Part shown: positions 12,805 to 23,400 of the stretch, piece by piece | Layout: the number at the start of each line of letters is the position of its first letter | Position numbering within the stretch: position 1 is the first letter of the stretch | Assembly (NCBI GenBank): GCA_963750165.1 | Contig: CAVVPN010000003.1 | Span: 608,001-672,000, forward strand | Direction: 5' to 3' | Length of the DNA: 64,000 nucleotides | DNA from: an uncultured Gemmataceae bacterium | GTDB taxonomy: Bacteria > Planctomycetota > Planctomycetia > Gemmatales > Gemmataceae | The notes under the pieces: model-generated | The model's input: the letters and a program-made list of their open reading frames with translations, nothing else | The model's database searches: none | What the model was told of the DNA's origin: nothing | Program-made: the position numbers and the translations under genes

Positions 12805-15411
12805 TCAATTCCGCGTCACGGTCTCATCCAGGTTCAGCAGCAAATTCGCGATCATCGTATACGCCGCCAGTTCGGACTCATCGAGCCCCGCCCGCGGCGC
12901 CCGCTCGCCGACGCGCACCACGCGCCGGGCCGCTTCGACATCCTTCCGGTAGCGCCCGCGGTACTGCTCCAGCACGCGCTGCACCACGTCCAGCTCCACC
13001 GCTTCCGGCGGCCGCGCCAGCACGACGCGATAGGCGAAACCGATACGCTCCGCCATCGTCTTGCCGCCTTCCGTCAGCATGCGCTCGGCCAGGCCGCGGG
13101 CGGCCTCGAAGTGCTGCACGTCGTTGAGCAACTGCAACGCCTGCAGCGGCGTGTTGCCGCGCTCACGGCGGCTGCACAGCTGTTCGCGGTTCGGGGCGTC
13201 AAAGTTGGTCATGAACGGCGGCGGCGCCGTGCGCTTGAGGAACACGTAAATACTGCGGCGATACAGGGCCGGCCCGGTGTCCGCCTTGTAGTTCATGGTG
13301 TTCGAGCCGGTGAACGCGACCGGCTCCCAGATGCGTGGCGGCTGATACGGCCGTACGCCGCGGCCGCCCATCTCCAGGTTGATGAGGCCGCCGACGAACA
13401 GGGCGTTGTCGCGGAGCTGCTCGGCGTCCAGACGGAAGCGCGGGCCGCGCGCCAGCAGCCGGTTGTCCGGGTCGCGCTTGAACAGCGCCGGCGTCACCTT
13501 CGCGGACTGGCGGAAGGTGGCGGAGGTCAGCATCAGGCGCATGAGGGCCTTCACGTCCCAGCCGGTTTCGCGGAAGTGGATCGCCAGGTAATCGAGCAAC
13601 TCGGGATGGCTGGGCAACTCGCCCTGGGTGCCGAAGTCGGCGCTGCTCTTGACGAGGCCGGTGCCGAAGCACTGCTGCCAGAAGCGGTTCACCGCGACGC
13701 GAGCCGTCAGCGGATGCTCGGCCGACACCAGCCAGCGGGCGAGGTCGAGCCGCGTGGCCCGGCCCTTCGGATTGGCCTTGCGCAACGGCGGCAACACGGC
13801 GGGGGTGTTCGGCTCCACTTTTTCGCCCGGCTTGTTGTACTGGCCGCGCAGCATCACAAAGCTGTCGCGCGGCCGGGGCATGTCCTTGAAGATGAAGGTG
13901 CCGGGGACGGCTTTCTCCACGGCATCGCGCTCCTTCGTCAGCGCCGCGACCTGCCGGGACAGCGCGTCGAACGCCGGTTTGGTGTCGGCACAGAGGTGTT
14001 GCAGGTAATGGTCGCGCAGCTGCTTCTCGGCATCGGGCTTGAGTTTGGCCTGCTTGAACAGGGCCTTGAGTTCCTTCGGCAGTTTCGCCGCGTCCTTGCC
14101 GCCCTTCTGGGCGAGCCAGACGCGGAACGACCGGGCCGGGTCGGCGGCGACCTTCACCGTCCCGGGCCGCTGGTCCGCCGCGTCCGCGGGATCGACATAG
14201 TCAAGCGTCTTGATTTTCTCCGCGAGGTCCTGCTGTTTGGCGGCGAGCTGCTTCACCAGTTCGGCCAACCGCTTCTCCTGGGCCTTCGTCGGCGTCTTCA
14301 GCGTCGGCCCGGTGAGCAGGGCGTTGCCGTCCAGTGCCGGGCCGTCGGCCGAGTGGAAGAACGCATACAGCGAGTAATACTCGCGCGTGCCGAGTGGGTC
14401 GAACTTGTGGTCATGGCACACCGCGCAGCCGGCGGTCATGCCGAGCCAGGTTTCGGCCATCGTGTTGGTGCGATCCACGGCGTTGCGGAAGACCCACTCC
14501 GCGCCGATGGAGCCGCCCTCGCTGGTCGTGACGTTGCAGCGGTTGAAGCCGGTGGCGATCAGCTGGTCGGTGGTCGGGTTCGGCAGCAGATCGCCGGCCA
14601 GTTGCTCGATGGTGAAGCGGTCGAAGGGCAGGTTGGCGTTGAACGCCTGGACCACCCAGTCGCGGTAGAGCCACATCGAGCGTTCGTTGTCCAGGTGCAG
14701 GCCGTGCGTGTCGGCGTAGCGGGCCAGGTCCAGCCAGTGCCGGGCCATCTCCTCGCCAAAATGCTTCGAGCCCAGGTAGCGCTCGACCATCTTCTCGTAA
14801 GCGGCGGCCGAAGTGTCCCGCAGGAAGGCGTCCACCTCGGCGGGCGTGGGCGGCAGCCCGGTCAGCGTGAAGGCGACGCGGCGGATGAGCGTCGGCCGAT
14901 CCGCCTCCGGCGCCAGCGCCAGACCCTCGCGCCGCAGCCGGTCGGCGATGAAGGCGTCGATGGGGTGCTTGCGCTTGCCGGCCGGCTGCGGCAGCGCCAC
15001 CTTCACGGGCGCCTCGAACGACCAGTGCTTCTGATACACCGCCCCCTGGGCGATCCACGTCCGTAGCAGCTTTTTCTCCGCGGCGGTGAGCGTCCGGTGC
15101 GCCGTCGGCGGCGGCATCTGCTCACTCTTGTCCTTGGAGAAAATGCGGCGGACGAGTTCACTCTCGTCCGGTTTGCCGGCGACGATGGGCCGGGCGCCGC
15201 TGCGAGCGACCTTGACCGCCTCGTCGCGCAGGTCGAGGCGCAGGCCGCCCTTGCGGGCCGCGGGGCCGTGGCACTTGAAACAGGTGTTGGTCAGGATCGG
15301 CCGGATGTCCCGGTTGTACTGCACCGGCTCGTCGGCCCGGGCGGCGCCCGAGTGCAACGCCAGCGGGGCAAGACACAATGCGGTCAGGGTGTGGCGGAGG
15401 TTCGGGAGCAT
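12805..15411 (-). CDS. Planctomycete cytochrome c / DUF1549 / DUF1553 (PSD1) protein
   Basis: [67 protein letters not shown]. Confidence 0.93.
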   Translation of the reverse strand: MLPNLRHTLTALCLAPLALHSGAARADEPVQYNRDIRPILTNTCFKCHGPAARKGGLRLDLRDEAVKVARSGARPIVAGKPDESELVRRIFSKDKSEQMPPPTAHRTLTAAEKKLLRTWIAQGAVYQKHWSFEAPVKVALPQPAGKRKHPIDAFIADRLRREGLALAPEADRPTLIRRVAFTLTGLPPTPAEVDAFLRDTSAAAYEKMVERYLGSKHFGEEMARHWLDLARYADTHGLHLDNERSMWLYRDWVVQAFNANLPFDRFTIEQLAGDLLPNPTTDQLIATGFNRCNVTTSEGGSIGAEWVFRNAVDRTNTMAETWLGMTAGCAVCHDHKFDPLGTREYYSLYAFFHSADGPALDGNALLTGPTLKTPTKAQEKRLAELVKQLAAKQQDLAEKIKTLDYVDPADAADQRPGTVKVAADPARSFRVWLAQKGGKDAAKLPKELKALFKQAKLKPDAEKQLRDHYLQHLCADTKPAFDALSRQVAALTKERDAVEKAVPGTFIFKDMPRPRDSFVMLRGQYNKPGEKVEPNTPAVLPPLRKANPKGRATRLDLARWLVSAEHPLTARVAVNRFWQQCFGTGLVKSSADFGTQGELPSHPELLDYLAIHFRETGWDVKALMRLMLTSATFRQSAKVTPALFKRDPDNRLLARGPRFRLDAEQLRDNALFVGGLINLEMGGRGVRPYQPPRIWEPVAFTGSNTMNYKADTGPALYRRSIYVFLKRTAPPPFMTNFDAPNREQLCSRRERGNTPLQALQLLNDVQHFEAARGLAERMLTEGGKTMAERIGFAYRVVLARPPEAVELDVVQRVLEQYRGRYRKDVEAARRVVRVGERAPRAGLDESELAAYTMIANLLLNLDETVTRN

Positions 15412-15658
15412 GGGTCGGTCCAGCGGTGGGAAAACGGGCAGGGTTCAACTGCCATCGTACCCGCGCCGGCGCCGTTCGCAAGAGGCTACCTGGTTTTTCC
15501 AGGGTGGAAAGTCGGTTGTGGGCCAGGGCGTAGTCGAACGCAGTGGCAGCCTGTGGCCGGAGCGGACAAGGATGGATACCGCTCCCGTGGCGAGTAAAAT
15601 GGTAAGCACGAGAACGCTACAGACTGACGGGTGAAACACCCTGAACTGAGGTGATGTC

Positions 15659-16135
15659 GTGACGAACGAGACCAAAGAAATCTACCTGGCCGGGCAGGCG
15701 CGCGTCCTGGCGACCATCCTCCTGACCCGCCGCGGTGATCTGAACATCGTGGAAACCAAGAAGAACTCTGGCCTGGACCTGCACGTCTACATTGAGCGCG
15801 ATGACAAGCCGATGCGGCTGGTGTTCGGCGTCCTGCTGCGCGGCATGGTGCCCCCCGGTCAGCGCGGAGCGCGCCAACCAGATCCTCGGGCCGACGATGG
15901 GCCAGTTCCGGGGGATGCGGAAGTTCACCTACCCCGTCTGCCTGTTCTTTTTCATCATGCGGGAGGAGCAGGCGTACTTTTCCTGGCTGGCGGAGCCGGT
16001 CGTGAACGGCGGCGCGCCAAGCTCGTCCACCACGAGCAGCCGAACTGCGTGCCGCTGAATTACGAACTGGTCGATCAGATCGTCGAGCGCGTGGTGGCCT
16101 GGTTCGATGCGGTGGAGCCGGTCCTGATCGGTTAA
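15659..16135 (+). CDS. Hypothetical protein, possibly DUF4365/PD-(D/E)xK-like; two compensating frameshifts (~15855, ~16018)
   Basis: GAGGTGA RBS; GLDLHVYI...VFGVLLRG. The middle section reads sensibly only in the alternative frame (FTYPVCLFFF...AYFSWLAEP); both shifts are at C runs. Confidence 0.6.
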   Translation: MTNETKEIYLAGQARVLATILLTRRGDLNIVETKKNSGLDLHVYIERDDKPMRLVFGVLLRGMVPPGQRGARQPDPRADDGPVPGDAEVHLPRLPVLFHHAGGAGVLFLAGGAGRERRRAKLVHHEQPNCVPLNYELVDQIVERVVAWFDAVEPVLIG

Positions 16136-16311
16136 TGGGACAGTTCCCGGCGCAGCGCTCTGGAAGCGCTGGCGTTGCGGCGCCGTGGCGGTACAATACA
16201 AAAACCTCGTTCCGAGAAACCCCAGGACCATGATGGGGTTACTTTCTTTACTTCATCTCGAAGACATACATTCCCTTCGCGGGGACAGCCGCCAGGACGG
16301 GGAGGGGGTTG

Positions 16312-17504
16312 ATGGGCGCCAAAATAATTGTGGTCGGTGGCCCAAACGAGGGCGAAACCTATGAAATGGCCGAGGACTCCAAGGCCACCATCGGCCGCGG
16401 CGACTCGGCCAACTTTCGCCTCACGGACCCCACCGTGTCCCGCGTCCATTGCGTCGTGGAGTATTACGGCGGCCAGGGCGTCGTCAAGGATTGCGCCAGC
16501 AAAACGGGCACAAAGATCAACGGCATCGCCGTCGCCCACCAGGTGCTGCGGCCCCAGGCGGTCATCACCCTGGGCAACACTCAGGTGCGCTTCATGCCCG
16601 ATCCGCCACCGCCGCCGGCGCCCAAGGTGGAGGACGAGGAGGAGAAGGATCCCGAGGAACTGGTCAAGCTGAGCGGCACCAGGTTGGCCCACTTCGACAT
16701 CGGCGAGGTGGTGGCGGTCGGCAGCTCCGGTGTGGTCTTCAAGGCCAACGATTTCAAGGACAACCGCGAGGTCGCCCTCAAGGTGTACCTGCCCGAGTTC
16801 GCCGAGAACGACGTTGACGTGCAGCGCTTCATCCGGGCGGTCAAGACGATGCTGCCCATGCGCCACCCCAACCTCGTCACGCTCTACGGCGGCGGCAAGA
16901 CGGGGCCGTATTGCTGGATGTCGATGGAGTACGTCGAGGGCGAGAGCTTGACGGAGACCATCGCCCGTATCGGTCGGGCCGGCAAGATCGACTGGCGCGT
17001 CGCCCTGCGCATCGCCACCGACATCGGCCGCGGCCTGTTCTACATTCACAGCGAGAGCATCATCCACCGCAGCCTGTCGCCGGGCAACATTTTGCACACG
17101 CGCCTGGGCGAAACCAAGCTGGGCAGCCTGATTTTGGCGAAGGCGCTGTCGGGGCGCTGGCCAAGGATGTGACGGTCGGCGGTGAGTTCCTGGGCGATGT
17201 GCGCTACCTGGCGCCGGAGCAGGTCGGCGCTGGCGGCCCGGTGGACGGCCGCGCCGACATTTTCAGTCTGGGGGCGCTGTCGTACACCCTGCTGACGGGC
17301 AAGCCGCCGTTCGAGGGCAAGTCGCCGCTGCAAACCGCCACCTGGATTCTGCAGCGCGACCTGACGGCGCCCAGCATCCACAACCCTCAGATTCCCAAGC
17401 CGCTGGAGCGGTGTGTGCTCAAGATGCTGGCCAAGAACCCGGCCGAGCGCTTCCAGTCCGCTGGCGATTTGCTCGCCGTGCTGGAAGAGTTGCCGAAGAC
17501 GTGA
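16312..17504 (+). CDS. FHA domain + Ser/Thr kinase-like (probable pseudokinase); frameshift at ~17153
   Basis: FHA motifs IGRG, VSRVH, SKTGTKING; kinase VALKVY, HPNLV, YLAPEQ, DIFSLG. A G-run one base short joins ORFs 16309-17172 and 16911-17504. Confidence 0.88.
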
Positions 17505-17560
17505 GCGGGGTCGCGTCAGCGCCCGTGCGCGTTCCACGGGGCGCTGACGCGACCCCGCTC
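17503..17560. repeat. Inverted repeat (REP-like or bidirectional terminator)
   Basis: 22-bp arms GAGCGGGGTCGCGTCAGCGCCC / GGGCGCTGACGCGACCCCGCTC between convergent stops. Confidence 0.8.
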
Positions 17561-17562
17561 GC

Positions 17563-18684
17563 CTATTCTCCCTCGTTGCTGCGCTCCAGTTCCTTCAAAT
17601 AATCCAGCGCCTCATCCACGGTGCCGACCACCGCCCCCGGCACACGGCCGGCGTCGTCCAGCTGCCGCAGCAACAACAGATCCTCGAAATCCGGCGACGC
17701 CTGCAGTTCGCGGCGCAGCTTGCCGCCGAGAGTGCCGGCACGGTAGGCGTGCGCGTCCATGTGGTGCGCAATCAGAAACTGCGTGCGCTCAGTGATGAGC
17801 CCGTCCAGCGCCGCCAACGCCGCGCCCACGTGGTCGCCCGGGTCCAGTCCCTTGCCCACGTCGTGCAGCAGTGCCGCCAGCAGAAACTCCTCGTCATAGG
17901 GCCGCTCGTCGCGGGCTAACTCGAACACCTGCAGCGAGTGAAAGAGCACGTCGCCCTCGGGGTGGTGGACCGGGCTCTGCCGTACCTCCTCCAGCGGCAA
18001 CAGCAACATGCGGAACAGCTGATACGGGTCCACCGTCTCCTCGGCCGCCTGAATCGCCTCATCGAGGTTCACACCGGGATACTCGCGCCGCAGCAGTTCC
18101 TCCAGCTCCGCGATGGACGCCCGCTCAATGGCCTTACCGGTGATCGAACTTTTGAAGACGTAATGCGCCTTGTCCTCGGGGTGAACGGTCAGCTCAAAGT
18201 TGAAGCGGTCGTGGATGTGGACGTGCGTGTAATTGCGGGTTTCGCCGTGCTTGGTGATCTCCTTGCGCTCCATGTCGAACTGATAGCCCTCGCGCTCCAG
18301 GGTGTCGGTGAGCAGGCCGACTGTGTCGGTGAAGACGTGAATGTCAATGTCGGAGCCCTTGCGGACGTGCCCGGTCATGACGCTGCCGATGAGCCGCGGC
18401 CGGAATGCCCGCAACTGACGCATCAGCCGCAGCGCTTCGAGGCGCATCTGCTTGAGGTGTTCGGTGCGCTTATCGCCCTCGTGGATGCGGGCGAACACCT
18501 GAATCTGATCGCGGATTTCGGCATTGGAGGGGAGATCCTCGGGTTTGACGCTGCTGCGACAGAGCCGCCTGGCGGCCTTGCGCTTGGCGGTGAAGTACTC
18601 GGACTCGATACGTTCGTACATCAGGCGCGCTGCTTCGAGCGCGATGGCCTGACGGAGTTTGACATCGCCGTGACCATTTCTCAT
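17563..18684 (-). CDS. Pol-beta-type nucleotidyltransferase fused to an HD phosphohydrolase domain
   Basis: LIGSVMTG...SDIDIHVF (GS..DxD) motif; HHPEGDVLFHS...LLHDVGKG...HHMD HD domain resembling that of CCA-adding enzymes. Confidence 0.85.
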   Translation of the reverse strand: MRNGHGDVKLRQAIALEAARLMYERIESEYFTAKRKAARRLCRSSVKPEDLPSNAEIRDQIQVFARIHEGDKRTEHLKQMRLEALRLMRQLRAFRPRLIGSVMTGHVRKGSDIDIHVFTDTVGLLTDTLEREGYQFDMERKEITKHGETRNYTHVHIHDRFNFELTVHPEDKAHYVFKSSITGKAIERASIAELEELLRREYPGVNLDEAIQAAEETVDPYQLFRMLLLPLEEVRQSPVHHPEGDVLFHSLQVFELARDERPYDEEFLLAALLHDVGKGLDPGDHVGAALAALDGLITERTQFLIAHHMDAHAYRAGTLGGKLRRELQASPDFEDLLLLRQLDDAGRVPGAVVGTVDEALDYLKELERSNEGE

Positions 18685-19186
18685 AAGTATTGCAACCAAT
18701 TAAGGTTGCCGCTCGTGGTAAGAATGACGACCCTTCAAGGCATCAGGGCACGGAGCAGCCTTGCTCGCCGCACCGCAAGAGCGCAGTTTCATCGGCGAAC
18801 TCCCAGTTAAGGCGAACGCAGCAACCGATCTTTCACAGACGGACGCCCCCTTGCTATTAGATGGCGACGCCAGCGAATGGGGTTCCGCTGTCGAAAGAAT
18901 CGTTACAACCAGTCTTACCCAAAAAGACGAAAAGGCCACTTCTTCGTATTCTCATTTGACAACCGGCTTTACCGCCCTTTACGATGCTGCACGTTGTTTG
19001 TAAACTTCCTGCTTTTGCACGCAGGCCCGACACGGGCTCCGGAACTCGCCTTCAATTAACGACAACCAGTGGCACCACGTCGCCTTGGTGCGGCAGGTTG
19101 ATCCGCTTTCCGTCTACGCGGATGGCCCCTGCAGAACTCCCAATCGGGCCTGAGTACCGCGCGCCACAGGCCAGGAGTAACGGATC

Positions 19187-20308
19187 GTGCTGTGTTCTTC
19201 CACGCCAACCGATTGTGAGCCGGAGTCGCGACTCCCCACAGCGCCCGCGCCATTGCGCAGCGTCCACACGAGCAATTTTCCCGGGCTGCTGCGTGAGCTG
19301 GGCCTGTCCGTGCTGGTCACCACCTATCAGGCCGGCAAACTGGTCGTGCTGCGCGCCGTGGGCGACGTGCTCAACACGCACTTCCGCAACTTCAGCGTAC
19401 CGATGGGACTGGCGGTGCAGCCCGGTCGAATAGCCATCGGCACTGCGCTGGAAATCTGGGAGTTTCACGACTTGCCGGCTGTGGCTGCCACGGTCGCGCC
19501 AGCCGGCCAGTGCGACGCCTGCTTTCTGCCCCGCCTGTCGCACACCACCGGCCACATTCAGATTCACGAAATGGCCTGGGTCGGCGCCGAACTCGTGTTC
19601 GTCAACACCTGCTTCTCCTGCCTGTGCGTCCGCGACCCGCGCTTCAGTTTTCGGCCCATCTGGCGACCGCCCTTCGTCAGCGCCTACACGCCCGACGATC
19701 GCTGCCATTTGAACGGACTGGGCCTCAGGGACGGCCGCGTGCAGTATGTCACCGCCCTGGGCCGCACCGACACGCCGGGCGGCTGGCGGGCCAACAAACG
19801 CGCTGGCGGTCTGCTTATTGATGTTGGCAGTAACCAGATCATCGCCACGGGGCTGTCCATGCCGCATTCGCCGCGCTGGCACGCGGGCCGGTTGTGGTTG
19901 CTCGAATCGGGCCACGGCAGCGTCGGCACCGTGGACCTGGCCTCGGGTCGTTATGAGACAGTCGCCGAGTTGCCCGGGTTCACGCGCGGCCTCGACATCG
20001 TCGGCCCCTATGCCTTCATCGGCCTGTCGCAGGTCCGGGAGTCGGCCGTGTTCAGCGGCATTCCCCTGGTGGAGCGCGTCGAGAAACGCTGTTGCGGCGT
20101 CTGGGTGCTCGACCTGCGCAGCGGCGCGACCGTGGCCTGGGTCAAATTCGAGGACGCCCTCCAGGAGATCTTCGCCGTGCAGGTGCTGCCGGGCAAGCGC
20201 TTCCCAGATATCGTCAACGATGATCGGGTGCGCATCGGCAATTCGTATGTGCTTCCCGACGACGCCCTGGACGACGTGCCCGCCACCCTGCAGAAGCGTG
20301 TGTCCTGA
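19187..20308 (+). CDS. TIGR03032/DUF4915 family beta-propeller protein
   Basis: VTTYQAGKL, TGHIQIHE, VNTCFSCL, DRCHLNGL, GLSMPHSPRW, LPGFTRGL, IGLSQVRE. Confidence 0.88.
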   Translation: MLCSSTPTDCEPESRLPTAPAPLRSVHTSNFPGLLRELGLSVLVTTYQAGKLVVLRAVGDVLNTHFRNFSVPMGLAVQPGRIAIGTALEIWEFHDLPAVAATVAPAGQCDACFLPRLSHTTGHIQIHEMAWVGAELVFVNTCFSCLCVRDPRFSFRPIWRPPFVSAYTPDDRCHLNGLGLRDGRVQYVTALGRTDTPGGWRANKRAGGLLIDVGSNQIIATGLSMPHSPRWHAGRLWLLESGHGSVGTVDLASGRYETVAELPGFTRGLDIVGPYAFIGLSQVRESAVFSGIPLVERVEKRCCGVWVLDLRSGATVAWVKFEDALQEIFAVQVLPGKRFPDIVNDDRVRIGNSYVLPDDALDDVPATLQKRVS

Positions 20309-20435
20309 ATCTGCCAGCGAGTTGTGGCGTTGCTGAAGCAGCGCCAGGAACACCTACCCTTGCGATCATCGCCGTTGTCGTTGCGAGAATGAGCGCCCCT
20401 TACCCCCAAGTATCTGCAACACCTGAGAGGCTCCC

Positions 20436-23400
20436 ATGTTTTTCCCGTCCCGCAAGTCCTGGCTGAACAAACTCATCCGTATGTGGTCCGGTCGCACGCG
20501 CACGATACAGTCCCGGTCGCGTTCCGGCAACCGTCTCCGCCTGGAGGTGCTGGAAGAGCGCGTGACGCCGAGCAATTACACGGTCACGAACACGAACTAC
20601 AGCGGCACCGGCAGTCTGGGGGACGCCATCACCACGGCCGTCAGCGCCGATGACCCGGCGGCCGTGATTATTTTCAGCGGCCTGCCGAGCAACTCCACGA
20701 TCCAGCTCGACAGCACCACGGTCAGTTCGACCATCACCTACGGGCCGACGGCGTTCGTCATCAACGGCACCAGCGGCACCAACCTCACCATCAACGGCGC
20801 GGGCTCCCCGGGACTGGTGATCGACGGCGGCAGCGCCGTGCGCTTGTTCGCGGTGGCGGGCGGCGACAGCTTGACGCTGGAAAACCTCACGCTGCAAAAC
20901 GGCCTGGCCCAGGGGGGCGCCGGCGGCATGGGGCAAAGCGGCGGCGGCGGTGCGGCGGGCCTCGGCGGTGCCGTCTACACCGCCCCCAACGCTGCGCTGA
21001 CCATCCAGTCCAGCACGATCAGCGGCAACGTTGCCCAGGGCGGCGCCGGCGGCACCGGCAACCCGGGCACCTACTCCGGTGGCGGCGGCGGCGGCGGCCT
21101 GAACAGCAGCGGCGGCGATGGCGGCGTCGGCGCCGGTGCGCTGGGCGGCGCCGGCGGGGGGCCTAACGGGGGCGCCGCCACCAACGGCTACCCCCACGCG
21201 GGCGGCTACGGCGGCGGCGGCGGCGGCGCCGGGGACACCGCCGGGGGTTGGGGCGGCGCCGGCGGCGGCTTCGGCGGCGGCGGCGGCGGCGAAAGCAGCG
21301 CCTACGGTTGGAACAACTATGGCGGGGGCGGTTTCGGCGGCGGCGGCGGCGGCAACGTGGGCACCGAATATGGCGGAACACCGGGCTACAGCGCCTTCGG
21401 CGGCGGCGCCGGCGCCAACGGCAGCGCCTACACTGGCGGCGGCGGCGGCGGCGCTGGCCTGGGCGGAGCCATTTTCAACAACGGCGGCACGGTCATCATC
21501 ACCAATTCCACACTGTTCGGTAATTCGGCGGTGGGTGGGATGGCCGGCGATGCGGCGGCCGGGAACGGGCAGGGCCTCGGCGGCGCCGTCTTCTCACGCA
21601 ACGGCAGCCTGAACTTGCTCAACGCCACCATCAGCGGCAACACAGCGGCCGACGGCGCCCGCGGCGTCTACGTCCTGGGCGACGGCGCCGCGGCCACCGC
21701 CACCATCAACAACACGATCATCGGCCAGTCCGACACCAGCGTCACGGACTTCGTGGCCACCACCATCCACAGCGGCACCACGTCCACCAGCGGCGCCGGC
21801 AACCTGATCCCCACCGCGACAGGCTTCAGTGGGACCGCGATCACGGGCGACCCCATGCTGGCGACCACCCTGGCGAACCACGGCGGCCCCACGCCGACCC
21901 TGGCGCTGCAGGCCGGCAGCGCCGCGATTGGTACCGGGGGAGCGTTCACCACCGTCGGCACCGCGGGCATCGCGGCCACGGACAACTCCATCACCCTCAG
22001 TAGCAACGGCGTTGCCCTCACGCCGGGGGATACTTTCCTCCAGATCGATAGCGAGGTGATGCTCGTGACGGCGGTCAGTGGCAATACCCTGACCGTGATC
22101 CGCGGCTATAACGGCACCGCGGCGACCATGCACACGGCCGGGACCGGTGTGTTTCTCCACCTGGACCAGCGCGGTTATGGCGCGACCACCACGCCCGACA
22201 TCGGAGCCTATCAGTCCACCGGAACGTCGCCGGGCACGCCGACCGTCACCGGCGTCAATCCGATTTCGGGGACCAGAGGGGGCGGCACGGAGGTATCCAT
22301 CACCGGAACGAATCTGAACAACGCCACCGCCGTGAACTTTGGCCTGCTCCCAGGGACGATTGTCAGCGACTCGGGCACCACCATCGTGGCCACCACGCCG
22401 TTGGAGTCAGCCGGGACGGTGCATACGACCGTGACCACCGTCGGCTGGGACACCTCCGCCACCTCCCCGGCGGATCAGTACACCTTCATCGCAACCCCAA
22501 CCTACGCGGAGAACCTCGACGCCAGCGGCAACCTGACGATTACTCAGGAATTCCTCAGCGACAACGACAACTTGAACTTTACGCTTGCCGGCGGTCTTTA
22601 CACCTTCACGGACAGTGGCGATCTCCTGTTCGACACCCCTACGGGCGCCGGCGCCGCCAGCATTAGTGGCGGCGGGACCAGTACCATCACCATTCCCAGT
22701 TCCGCCATCACCTCGATCACGGTCGTCCTCGGCACCGGTACGAACGTCTTCACCTTCACCGGCACCGGCGGCGCCGCGGCAGCGCCGATTAGCGTGAACG
22801 CCGGCACGACCACCGGCGACCAGATCAACATCACCGGGGCCGTGCTGGACAGCGGGGCGGTCACGCTCACGGCGAACGCCATCAGCGAGTCGGGTTCAGG
22901 TTCCCTCAACGCCGGCACCAGCGCCGTCACGCTGACCGCCACGACGGCGCTCACGCAAACGGCGTCCGCCGTCATCACCGCCGGCCCGTTGGGCATCACC
23001 GCCGGCAGCGTTGGCACCAGCAGCCAATCCCTGGTCTTCAACGCCGCGTCGCTGACTTCAGACACCTCGGCGGCCAACGGCGATCAGTTCCTGGCCGACA
23101 CCGCCACCGTCTCGCTCGCCAGCGCCAACGCCCTGAACGCCGGCACCGGCACCCTCACGCTGACGGGCGGCACGTTCCAGATCCAGGGCGGCGCGGGCGG
23201 CAACGCCATCACGGACACCTCTTCCGTGACCGTGAACAGTCCGGCGCTGCTGGACCTGGACGGCAACAGCGAAACCATCTACGCCCTGAACGGCACCGGC
23301 ACCGTGACCAGCAGCAGCGCCGGCACGGTCACGCTGACCGTCGGCGCCGGCGGCGGCAGCGGCACCTTCGCGGGCGTCATCCAGAACGGCAGCGGCACGG

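Noticed and set aside
18700..19186. Riboswitch or ncRNA in the long intergenic region (also 41890-42240)
   Set aside because: No recognisable consensus by eye; an Rfam/Infernal search would be needed.
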